Origin: Vicugna vicugna
Lineage: Eukaryota
Direction of reading: 5' to 3'
NCBI GenBank assembly: GCA_013265495.1
Contig: MU057887.1
Location: 1,189,985-1,253,984 of the forward strand
Length of the DNA stretch: 64,000 nt
Shown here: in pieces, positions 12,330 through 24,546 of the stretch
Layout of the letters: each line of letters starts with the position of its first letter
Numbering within the stretch: position 1 is the first letter of the stretch
Position numbers and translations under genes: made by a program
The notes under the pieces: generated by a model
What the model was told of the DNA's origin: nothing
Database searches by the model: none
Seen by the model: only the letters and a program-made list of their open reading frames with translations

Positions 12330-13210
12330 TTTGTACACATTAAGGTTCACTCTGGTAAAATTCTGTGGATTTTGACAAATGCACTGTGTTGTGTGTTCAC
12401 CATTACATTTTCCTATGAATATTTTTACCACCTGCAAAAACCCCTGTGTTTCACCTCTTCAACCCTGCCACCCCCATCCCCGCTCCAGCAGCTGACCTTT
12501 TCACCATTGCTACAGCTCTTCCTCTCCTAAAATGTCAGATATTAGGAATCACATAGGCTGTAGTGGCCTTTTGGACTGGCTTCTCACCCGCTGAAGCATC
12601 TTGATTGCTTCTGTTTTTGGCAATTAAGAATAAAGCTGCTGGAAACATTCAGGTGTAGGTTTTCGTGTGGACACACATTTTCAAGTCCCTTGGGTAAATA
12701 TCTAGGAGAATAATTCCCTTAAGACTGTTTTGCTTCCTAAGAAACTGCCAAACTGCCTTCCAAAGTGTCCGCACCATTCTGCAGTCCCACCTGCAGTGAA
12801 CGAGTGTTCCTGTTGCTCCACATCAGCGTCAGCACTTGGTGGTGTCAGTTTTTTGGATTTTAGCCATGCTAATAGATGTGTAGTGATGTTGCATTGTTGT
12901 TTTAATTCACAATTTCCTGAGGACCAGTGATGGGCGCATCTTTCCACGTGCTTCCTTGCTGCCTGTGTATCTACTTCAGTCAGGTGTCTATTCAGGTCTT
13001 TTGCCCATTTTTTAAGTGAATGTTTTGTTTTATTACTGTTGAGTTTTAAGACTTCTTTGTGTACTTTGGATACAAGTCTGTTACTGGATGTGTGTTTTGC
13101 AAATAGCTTCTCCCAGTCTGTGGCTTGCCTTTTCATTTCCTTAAGTGTCTTTTGCAGAGCAGAAGTTTTTAATTTGAAGAAAGTCCAATTTTTTTTTTCC
13201 ACAGATTGTG
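12330..13210 (-). mobile_element. Old L1 (L1M) ORF2 C-terminus / 3'UTR relic
   Basis: ORF 12702-13226 reads KEMKRQATDWEKLFAKH...KKWAKDLNRHLT, typical of the L1 ORF2 C-terminus; degenerate. L1 sequence probably extends further left. Confidence 0.85.
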
Positions 13211-13701
13211 CTTTTGTGTTGCCCACATGGATTTTTATACTGTATTTGGGTGCAGTTTATTGAGTTGACAATCACAAAAGGGCTGGAAGGAAAGAAGCAA
13301 GGAAAAGCTAATGAGGTCTGTGTAGGACATGTTGGTTTTTCACAACTAAGAATAAAGCTGCTGTGGCCAGTCGTGTGTAGAGGCTACATGTAAAGCGGCC
13401 TTTTCTGCAGGGCCATGATTTAGTCACTTTCATTTTGTTTAGTTTTTTATGGACCAAATAGTAAAGTTGTCTCCTAGTCAGGGAGCCCCTCGGCTGGGGG
13501 AGCTTCGGGGCTGCTGGAGTTGCAGGAGCACAGCGGGTGTGGGCGGGCCAGGGCAGGGCTGACTCCGGGTGGGAGCCCTGCCCACTGGCTGATGCCGCCC
13601 CACCAGATGCCTCACACGTGAAATCATACCCTCAGAAGCCCGGTTGCGACATCAGATGGCACGGCCGTGAATATTCATAAATCCTCCCCTTCTGTTCTTA
13701 G

Positions 13702-13862
13702 ACACCCTCTCCCCGGCTTCGAGTCCCTCGTCCGTCACTTACCCCGTGGTTCCTGGTGGCACTGATGACCCTTCCAGCGTAGCGCTGAACATTGAATGTA
13801 GAATCTGTGGGGACAAAGCCTCGGGCTACCATTACGGAGTCCACGCGTGTGAAGGCTGCAAG
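13702..13862 (+). CDS. PPARA: PPAR-alpha coding exon 2 (first zinc finger, P-box CEGCKG)
   Basis: (D)[10 protein letters not shown]...[23 protein letters not shown]; 161 nt; ttag| and |gtacag. Confidence 0.98.
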
Positions 13863-14040
13863 GTACAGTGGGCCTGGACGGGGAGAGAGGTGGCCTTTCA
13901 GGGACTACATGTGGTTCCGTTTATTTTATACCCATACGTTGGTCATTACTGAGAAATGCTGGAGCTGTAGACCAGAACTGACCCAAGGGACGGATTAATT
14001 TCTCCCTTCGGAAAGTCCAGGGCACATTTCTGGACTGTTT

Positions 14041-14367
14041 GGGGGTTTGGGGGGAGGGTAATGAGGCTTATTTAGTTAGTTACTTGTAATGGCGGTGCTG
14101 GGGCTTGAACCCGGGACGTCAGGCATGCTAAGCACGTGCTCTAGCACTGAGCTTCACCTTCCCCCTTTTTTATTTTTATTTTTTATTTAAGCAACTAGTC
14201 TATCTTTTGAGCTTTTGAGGGGTGGTGATTAGGTTTCCTTATTTATCTGGGGGGGGTTAGGGAGGTGATTAGCTTTATTCACTCTGATGGAGGTACCAGG
14301 GATTGGACCAGGACCCCACGCATACTAAGCACATGCTCTACCACAGAGCTGTCCCCTCCCCGCTTCG
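14041..14367 (-). mobile_element. Composite of two Vic-1-like SINEs within one TSD
   Basis: Two tRNA-like heads (~14095-14164, ~14290-14362) plus an extra tail segment; TSD ctggactgttt at 14030-14040 and 14368-14378. Confidence 0.85.
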
Positions 14368-15305
14368 CTGGACTGTTTATAAATGACTTAGAGAAATGTG
14401 TTCTCTAAAAGAAAATAAGCCACATTAAGAATGATCCCTTCATTTCGGATGCGAGGCCACAGAGCCCACTTCTTTTTGCCCACTTTCTCCCCCCAGCCTC
14501 ATTGGAAGGTCCGGGAGGGCAGTGGTTTTCACTCCATCAGTGATGTCAGGACCCCGCCGCACATAGCGGCGAGGACCAGACCTGGCAGAACTCCAGCTCC
14601 CTCCCCAGCTGCTCCCGACCCCCAAACTGTCCTTCCTGCATCGGGGGCCTGTTCACCCGAACCACAACCACAAGGCCCGCAGTGTGGGGGGTCAGGCCAT
14701 GTCCTCCAGCATTGCGCCCACCAGATTGCTGGTCCTTCCAGCCCGACGGCGGGAAGGACTACGTGTTCTGTCCTGACACCCCCAGGATCATCGCATGGTG
14801 TGGGCGCTCGTTCCCACAGTTGATGCACAGGAGCTCCAATAATCTGAACATTTGGTTAAAATCAGAAATCTTTCCTTGCTAATGCTGGAAGTGTTTCCAG
14901 CTTTGGGAAGATGTCACAGCCTTGAATGGCAGGCCGCGAAAACTGCACTCTTGGAACACCGACACTGCCCCTGCCAGCCTGGCCTCGGAGGCCTGGTCCA
15001 CATCTAGAAAGGGCCACGTTCGCCAGGGCATCTCTGCATCCTGACGTTTGAAACTCTCTCTTCTCAATCCTTCTCGTAATCCCACACGTTCCTTGGCCAC
15101 GTGACTTTAAAACCCAGATAACTGAGCAAGTGCAGACAGCAGCCTTCCTCCTACGTTCCCCAAGAAAATGCTGTCCCCTCTCCTGTGGGCCGTCGGACCT
15201 GCAGAGCAGAAGTACAGAGGGTGCCTGGGAAGCAGTGAGGGACTGGCCCAGTATAAACCCTTCACAAGTCTGCCAACCACATACCTTTAGAAAAGCTACT
15301 TGCAA

Positions 15306-15436
15306 GGGGCAAAGGTAGAGCTCAGTGGTAGAGTACCTCCCTAGCATGCATGAGGTCCTGGGTTCAATCCCCAGCACCCCCATTAAAAAATAAATAAATA
15401 AACCCAATTACCTCCCCCACTGGAAAAAAAAAAAAT
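15306..15436 (+). mobile_element. tRNA-derived SINE (Vic-1-like)
   Basis: gtagagctcagtggtagagtacctccctagcatgcatgaggtcctgggttcaatcccc plus tail; TSD-like tacttgcaa / tacctgcaa. Confidence 0.9.
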
Positions 15437-15985
15437 ACCTGCAAAGCAGTCTTTTCTGCAGGGCCAGGGCTTCATCACCTTTGTTTGCTCTTGGTTTTTA
15501 TGGGCCAAGTAGTCAAGTTGTTTCTTACTGGGTAAAGTTAAAGATGCTTTTAGAAAGTAAGAAAATTGTTGACAAACAACTGGCCTCCTTTTCTTCTATA
15601 ATCTACATCTTCTAGATGTAGATATTCTCTTACAAAAATCCCTAGAACATTTTGGTCACCAAGGTGGATCTGTCCTCTGAGAAGAGAAAGTCACGGTGTG
15701 TAAATCTTAGCAGGGTGGAGTCACTCTTTGGGAGACTGTCATTGCGTCTCCCCCGGCCAGGTGAGGACAGATTGAAATCACTTTGAATTTTGCTTCATTT
15801 TATTGTTTCTCATTTTGCATGTAATGAAATTTCAAATTTTCAATTTGCCCTAATTATATCAGAATTTTTAGAAGAACTATTTCTGTCCAGTTAGTTCATT
15901 TTAAAAGACACTAAACGCACAGCAAGGACTGACACTGACTCGGTGGTGGTCCACATTCTTTAACCAACGGCATGTTAATCCGCAG

Positions 15986-16124
15986 GGATTCTTTCGGAGA
16001 ACGATTCGGCTAAAGCTGGTGTACGACAAATGCGACCGGAGCTGTAAGATTCAGAAAAAGAATCGGAATAAATGCCAATACTGTCGTTTTCACAAGTGCC
16101 TTTCGGTTGGGATGTCCCATAACG
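15986..16124 (+). CDS. PPARA: PPAR-alpha coding exon 3 (second zinc finger)
   Basis: [46 protein letters not shown](A); 139 nt; cgcag| and |gtaggt; missed by the ORF track. Confidence 0.98.
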
Positions 16125-16734
16125 GTAGGTAAGGTTATCCATCGCATTCCCGGCCCGTGCCTCAGTGCACCTCCCTTGTCGGGTCGGTATGGACGGTATT
16201 TTGAATGAACACCGATACCCAGATCGTTGTATAACGTGATAACCCAAGAAAGTAAGTCTCCAATAGCAGAGATCCAGCAGAGCCCTTGGAGTCACGGCTG
16301 GAAACTTCAGGTGGTCAGACTTTGATGTAAAGTCTGACGCCGGCCGGGAACCACCAGGCCGGCTCGCCGCTCACGTCGCATACAGGCCGCGCCTGCTGTT
16401 CCTGTCATTTTACCGTGTGACGAGTTTAATTGTATTTAATCGTCCCCTCATTTTAGAGCATGCCAGTTACTCCCTGAGGGTAAACTGAAAATAATTTGTT
16501 CCCACGAGCTGCATGTTTACCTTCTGGGAAAAGGAAAGGGTATTATGTAAAGCCACTCTAAGGCCCACTGTCGGCTCCTTGGCCTCAGGGGTCAGTTCCC
16601 TTGTACCTTAAGCCCATCCTGCTGTGACGTGAGTCATGGGGCTGCCCTTCATTTTAACCCTTTTTAAAAGTCCAGACATAGGGAGTCCGGGTGTCATCCT
16701 CATCCCTTCAAAGCAGCAGGCTGAATCATCTTGA

Positions 16735-17193
<459 letters not shown>

Positions 17194-18268
17194 TGAGAAA
17201 ATAATACTTACCCCCGAGGCAAATGGGAGACAATGGAGTGGAAACATTCCGTTCGCAGACTGTAAAATGTCGCTGAACACAACTCCCATCCCATCCCATC
17301 CAGTTCACCTCAGAGCTCCTAGCAACCGAGTTACTGTAATGACTGTGTGGTTAATGCACCCAGAGAAATCTGGCTAATAGTTTACCAGGTTCCCCGGTGC
17401 TTTCTTCAGTGATTTGTTTTAATCCCTATTTTAATGCCAGAAAATGAAACCGTTCACCTCCCACTCAAAGTGTGCTCTTATTCCCTTCCTCCTAAAACTC
17501 CTGCCTCCTCCCGGAGCTCCCCCGTCCCCCCCCCCCCCACCAGCGAGAGCCCAGGCGAGCGCCACCCTGCCCCCACCCCACATCCTGCCCCACTCCCACG
17601 GCAGCCAAGTCTTTGTCTCCCTTGCAGAGCTAGTCCCAGAGCTTCCTTCAAAGACAGGGACGGCCCAAGGTTGGCGAACAAAGTGGTTGAGCCTTTTTCC
17701 TGTGCGCCTGGTGAAACAGGTTTCATTTGTGTTAATGAGTAGCTTGCATTGCTCCTTATTGGGGATTACAAGCCGGGCTTTTTGTCACAGCAAAATAAAG
17801 TATTTCACAAGCTGCTTACTTTCATGAACAAACCGAACCTCTTTTTAATTGAGCCTTTTCATTCTTCAGGGAGTTCTCCAGTTAAACAGGCTGGCCATTT
17901 TAGAAGGGGTCAGGCAAACTCTATTAAACTGGTAAAGCCACACCCCCGCGGGCCGCCCCAGAGGCTGGGACAGACTCCACCCTTTCCCTACCACAGGCTG
18001 AAAGCAAAGGAATCTTCTAACCTGTGAGCGTCTACCCTGGAAGTGATTAGTACCGCCCCAAGTTAGAGCGACCCCATTCCTGATCTCCCGGAGGTCTTCT
18101 AGACCTTCCTGAAATCCTCTGCATCTCCCGTGGGTTTTCAGAATGTAAAGCAAGCTTAAAAGTCGTCTGCCTCTTAACCAAACCCTCCTGTTCGATATTC
18201 ACTTGACTCCCATAGAGTATGCTTCCTGTGCCCCTGGGCACCACACGCTCTTGGAAGGAAGCCGTCGC

Positions 18269-18295
18269 CCGCGACCGCGACCGCGACCGCGACCG
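18269..18295. repeat. (CCGCGA)4 microsatellite
   Basis: ccgcgaccgcgaccgcgaccgcgaccg read directly. Confidence 0.9.
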
Positions 18296-19464
18296 GAGCT
18301 GAAATCTGGACTGTTGAGGACTCTCAGACAGTTAGTCTGGGAGAGGAGTCCGTATTTTGATCGTAAGGAAGGAAATAGTAGACCCGCACTCTAGGGCTGG
18401 GCTTCACTGTACAGGGAACGAGTTCGGTGTACTGCTCAGTCACGCCTGCTTCCGCCCCGCCTCCAGACCAGAGCAGCACGGGTCCCGCTTTGCAAGGAAG
18501 GGTCCAGGTGTCACTCATCTCATTTGACTGAACCGTTTGCTCCAGGTCAGGTTCACTTCCCACCCCATGTCCTCTGTCTGCCGAGTCGTGGCCTTCCTCC
18601 ATTCCCCACCTCCCCAGCCCAGTCACCCCGGAGCTCGGAGGGCGGCTCGGGCGCAGTCTCAGGGACAGAGCCGCAGGCGGGGCACCGTCCTGGACCCGCA
18701 GCCCCCTCGCACCACACCCCGGGGTTGTCCTGAAGTTTCGTACCTACATCTTAAGCGGTCTTCAGATTGAGGAACACACTTACTACCCGTTCTTGTTAGT
18801 GCATCTAGAAATGCGTAGTAAAACCCATCCAAAAGCTTATGAAATAATTTCACCCAAAACAATTCTACCAATAATTCACAGATTTCTCCTAAAAGATGGC
18901 GCTGCCTAACTTTATAGAAAATGCTGTTTAAATGTGTTTTGGAGAGGACTTCTTGTAAATAACAGGATTGACACACCAAGAACACCATTAGGTGTGAGCC
19001 AGGGTGGTACGTATCAGGGCAGGGAGGCTTCTGGTCTTGGTGTGGAGTGATGTGGGGAAAGCGGGCAGCTTTCTGCCCTGTGCTGCTTAAAGTCTTTACA
19101 ATGTGCTCCGCTGATTTGAAATGACCTCCTGTAACGTCAGATAGATTCATATTCAAGCGTGGCTATAAAAGGCACATTTCAGAGTTAAATATAAGCTTCC
19201 TGATTTTTAAAATAGTCTTATCAAGAATGTTTCTCCGTAAGGTTTGGCAGATTTTCAAGTGTCTTACTGTACAGTTTCTCTTTGGCTTCAGTAAACATGG
19301 TTTTTCAATGTTAGCACTTTTTCTGAATTCATATGGTTTCTAATTTTGCCTGTGAATGAGGCCTGCCTTCTAAAATCCAAGTGATAATTTTATTTAAAAG
19401 AAATGAGATATCTGTTACCAGTTGAGTCTCCATTTAAGAGAGAAAGTTTCACACAGAACTGGTG

Positions 19465-19622
19465 CCGGGCCGGCTTCCTGGGCACCCGTTCTGTTTCACA
19501 ACATCCCCTGCTTAGAAGGGCCCTGCACTGGGGTTTAATGCTCCGTGTCCCAGTCTTGAAATTCTTAATCACTTTCTTCTAAGTGTCATTTTACACTGGA
19601 CCCTGCAGATTATAGAGCCAGT
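19465..19622. mobile_element. MER45-like hAT MITE
   Basis: gggccggcttc...cttagaagggccctgcac...cttgaaattcttaat...cactggaccctgcagattat; an inverted relative lies at 54290-54460. Confidence 0.6.
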
Positions 19623-21037
19623 GTGTGCTGGTCCTATGAGATGTTGTACCAAAAAATAATAAATAAATAGACAAGCATTCTGTAATCAGACACTTGGAAC
19701 CACTGCTCACCCTAACCCTGTCCTGGACACTCATTACATTAAAGGCTCTGGCAGGCCCTAACTTCATTTAACTCAGTGTTTCTCGAATTTTTTTTTTTTG
19801 ACAATGGCACTCTTTTTTTAAATTTTATATAATACCTTTATTTCTGCTGAAGGTCCTTTTAAAAAGCCAATGCTTCAAATAAAGTCAGGGTGACCTAATA
19901 TTGTATTTTCTGGAGTTGAGGAAATAGTGCCACCTCTCCTTTAAAAACATTTTTCTAGTGCATCCTATTAACGTTAATTCTTTAAATCTGAGCTCCAACT
20001 TCTGTGACGCAGACGTGCCCACAAACTTTCCCAGAACAATGGTAGATCTGGCCTGCTTTTAAAGTCTTTAGAGAGAGACAGTTTTAGTTTTCCTTTATCA
20101 AACAGGATTTTTAGAAGTTTGGCTTTGAATTTTATACTCAGAATGTTTTCAGTCGCTCACGGATAATTTAAAAAGTATTCTTTCCTCTGATGTGGAATCA
20201 ATTTTTTTTTTGGTCCAACACTATATTGCAAATTCAAGTTCTGTTTAAAAATTTTAAAGGCAGTCATCAGATTATTCCAACACTTCCAGCTTGCTTCTGG
20301 GCCGGGGACACCCCGCAGGTGCCCTGCAGATGGCTTTGTACTGTGATTCTTCCAGCTGCTCTTGTGAGCCCAGAAATAGGGCACGTGCCATGCTGTGAGC
20401 CCAGATGCATGGTCAGTGATGGGTTGTACCCACTGGCAGAGCAGTGCATAAAATCACTGGGCTGCCTGGACACTAAGTGGGGACTGAAAATAATGCCTCC
20501 GCCCACTTAATTTCTGATCTGTGGAGCAGAGTATAGATCAGAGACTGCCCTTGGAGACGCCATTTCTTCTGCTCCGCACACAGACCTGGCGTGGATTTCA
20601 GCCGGCAGCGGTGTCTGTGCTGGTTCTCCTAAGCCCCCCAGATACACCATCCCTTCTGGGCACGTTGGCTTCAAATAACATGCCAGCCGCCTCTTCTTTC
20701 CTCTCTACATCTTTAGGAAGTGGCAGGACTGGTGGGTTTGGAGGCAGATGGTGAGGCCATGTTTAGGAGCTACCGTGAGGACTTGACGCTTGTTTCAGAA
20801 GGTGGGGCACTGGGGAGGAGGTTTCAGTCTCCTGCCCTGAGAAACGGGAGCACTTTGGGGCTTTTCCGCTTGTGCCCAGAGAGCACAGGCTTAACAATGC
20901 GCGTTTGTTTACTTCTACACAAATGCCGACTTTCTGAGTTGTATGTGTTTACGTGCCAGATTCATTCATTCGATGCTCAGTGTTGGATAATGGTGGTTAT
21001 CTCTGAAGTTCACAAAATGATAAAATTAAGAATTCTC

Positions 21038-21210
21038 GGGGGGAGAGTATGGCTCAGTGGTAGAGCGTATGCCTAGCACGGACAAGGTCCTGGGTTCAAT
21101 CCCCAGCACCTCCACTGAAATAAATAAATAAATAAATAAATATCCCCCCAAAAAACCCCAAAGCCAAAAAAATAAATAAATAAAAATTTAAAAATAAAAA
21201 TATTAAAAAA
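21038..21210 (+). mobile_element. tRNA-derived SINE (Vic-1-like) with (TAAA)n tail
   Basis: ggggagagtatggctcagtggtagagcgtatgcctagcacggacaaggtcctgggttcaatcccc. Confidence 0.9.
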
Positions 21211-21536
21211 GAATGATTGCAGGTAAGGCTATTGCAGTCATATTTGGGAGTTCAGAGAATATTATAAAATGTTTAAAGTGCCCTGCTGATACTCTGTTTC
21301 TTGTTAGCTTTATTGTCAAAATCAGTACTTTAGCTTCTTAGCAGTGAAGTCCCCTCCAGTGTCAGGCAATGGTGATTGTCACCTTACTGCCTTACATTGT
21401 TCTCTAGTAATTCTTATCGGCAGCTCACTTTGGGGCTAAGGATGAGGGCTGTGTTTTGCACATGTTTTGAGTCTCCACAGGCGACTGGAATACAGTGACT
21501 GCCATCAGTTTCTTGCTAATTAAGAGGACAGCTTGA

Positions 21537-22073
<537 letters not shown>

Positions 22074-22392
22074 TGAGGCCTGGCGGGGGCGGCCCCTCCG
22101 TGAGCGGGAGCCAGGCCCCAGCAGAGCCCGCGCGGCATCCGAGCCCCACGTCCCCGCCGGCAACGGGTGAGAATGTCGTCACCACATGTCATATTACAGC
22201 ATGTCTTATATACAAACACGTTTGTGCAATAGAAATATGTTCTGTTTATAATTACATAAATATATATTCTACTTATAGCATATCATTAATAATGCTAGTG
22301 TAATTATATCTGTTATCCATTATATCTAGTATCTATTATATATCAGGTATAATAATAATAATATTATAGTGTATGGTGTATATTATTATCAT

Positions 22393-22724
22393 ATACATTT
22401 GGCCCTTTATTTCTGTGGGTTTTGCATCTGCAGGTTCAACCAACTGCAGGTTCAGGAAAAAAATTTCCAGAAAGTTCCAAAAAGCAAAGCTTGAATTTGC
22501 CACGCACCGTCAGCTATTTATGTGGCATTTACACTGTATTTATAACTATTTACATAGCATTTACATTGTACTGTGTGTTATAGGTAATCTAGAGCTCATT
22601 TACAGTGCACGGGGGGGGGTGTGCGCAGGTAATATGCCATCTTATAGAAGGGACGTGGGCATCTGGATTTTGGTGTCCTTGGGGGTCCTGGAGCCAGTCC
22701 CCCATGGCTACCGAGGGACGACTG
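22393..22724 (+). mobile_element. Tigger3/MER2-like TcMar DNA transposon
   Basis: ggcccttt...gtgggttttgcatctgcaggttcaaccaac...gaaagttccaaaaagcaaagcttgaatttgcc...cccccatggctaccgagggacgactg, inside an AT-rich tract. Confidence 0.75.
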
Positions 22725-24189
22725 TGTTATAATTGTTATTATAGTATTAGATCCACATCACAGACAGTATTCTGTGAAGTGCTCACAGATGTTAGTCCAG
22801 TTGCTGTCTTTATTGGTGTAGTTACACTGTTTCATAATGAAAAATGTCAGTAACTAACTGGCAGTGACTGCAAAATGTGCTTTGCCAAAGGAAATGGATC
22901 CCAGTGCAGGGAGGGCTGGGCCTCTGTGCAGGGGAGCTGCAGTCCCCAGATTTTTGGCTCAGTGTCATGTTCCTTTAAATAGCCCTGTCCTGGGTCTAAG
23001 AAGGTCATCCCTTTACCGTAAACTCAGCTGACCTCACTCAGCCCTGGGGAGACTGATGGGGCCACGGCCTCCTCAGATTCCCCGGAGCTGTGCAGTCCCC
23101 CCGAGTCCCTCCCTGGCAGAACTGAGGCTGGCCGCAGCTGCCCAGACTCCATGCATGGGGCTGGGGCGGGGGGCGGTGCTCAGCTGCATGAGGCCGTCCC
23201 TCTGACCATCCAGCTGGGCACAGTCCGGCGGGGGGGAGTCCTGTGCTCTGTCCTGTGCTCTGGCAAAATGCGTAGAACCACAAGGCAGCCGCACGTGATC
23301 TGTCATTGTCCTTGGTGAGCACGCTCCAGAGTTGTGTTGTGGGCGAAAGCCAGGCAGAACTGTTTCTAAGCAGTATGGCCACAGTTTTATAAAGGACATT
23401 CCCGTCACAGAGCAGAAGACCGTCTGGTGGGATATCCGTTAAATCTGTATGATGGGGTTAAAATTCGAGGGGGGCTTACTTACTATTTTTTAAATCTCTC
23501 TGTTTAAAAACTTAACAATTATATTTATTTAACAAAGGAAAATCCACATCATTAGCAACACTTTTGAAAATCCTGGTAACGAGTAGGACCCTAAAGAGAG
23601 CGCCACCTACGGAGTTTGGATACGGGGGCGGGGGGCACAAGGTCTGAGCTGTCCAGGGAGCCTGGGGCCTGCGTCTGAGCCGCTCCGGGGAGTCGCCTGC
23701 TGTCCTCGTCGCCCCTCCCGCGCCAGGCCTCGGACCTCCCCTCTGCGGGTGTCCTCAGCACCCTCTCCAGCCGGTATCCATCCTTCCACTCATTTCTCGC
23801 TCCACTGTCTTTTAAGTCGACTTATACGAGAAGGTACTTGCAACAGTGCTTTATACTACAAAGCCTACAGTGAACTAATCACAGGCCTCAAATATCGCTG
23901 ACGCGAAAGATCTAGGAAGACGTGGGAAGGAGAATTTGATTTCCCGTATTATGCAAAATTGGTTGTGTGCAGAGCTTCACCTAATATGCTGGGGGTTTCC
24001 CCTGACAGGTGGCAATCAGATCAGTCCTAGAGGAAGTGGCCGCCCTGTAAGGTAGGGAGTTGAGTTAAGGTAGTAGAAATATTTTGGAATGAGTATTTGC
24101 CCTAACTGTCTACCCCTTCTAGGCCTGGCGACTTTGGGAAAATCCAGTTCCACCTTCCAGGCAAGTTGACAGCACCTAAAGGCAGCTAA

Positions 24190-24546
<357 letters not shown>

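Noticed and set aside
12702..13226. 174-aa ORF (and 41035-41307)
   Set aside because: Decayed L1 ORF2 C-terminal sequence, not a host gene
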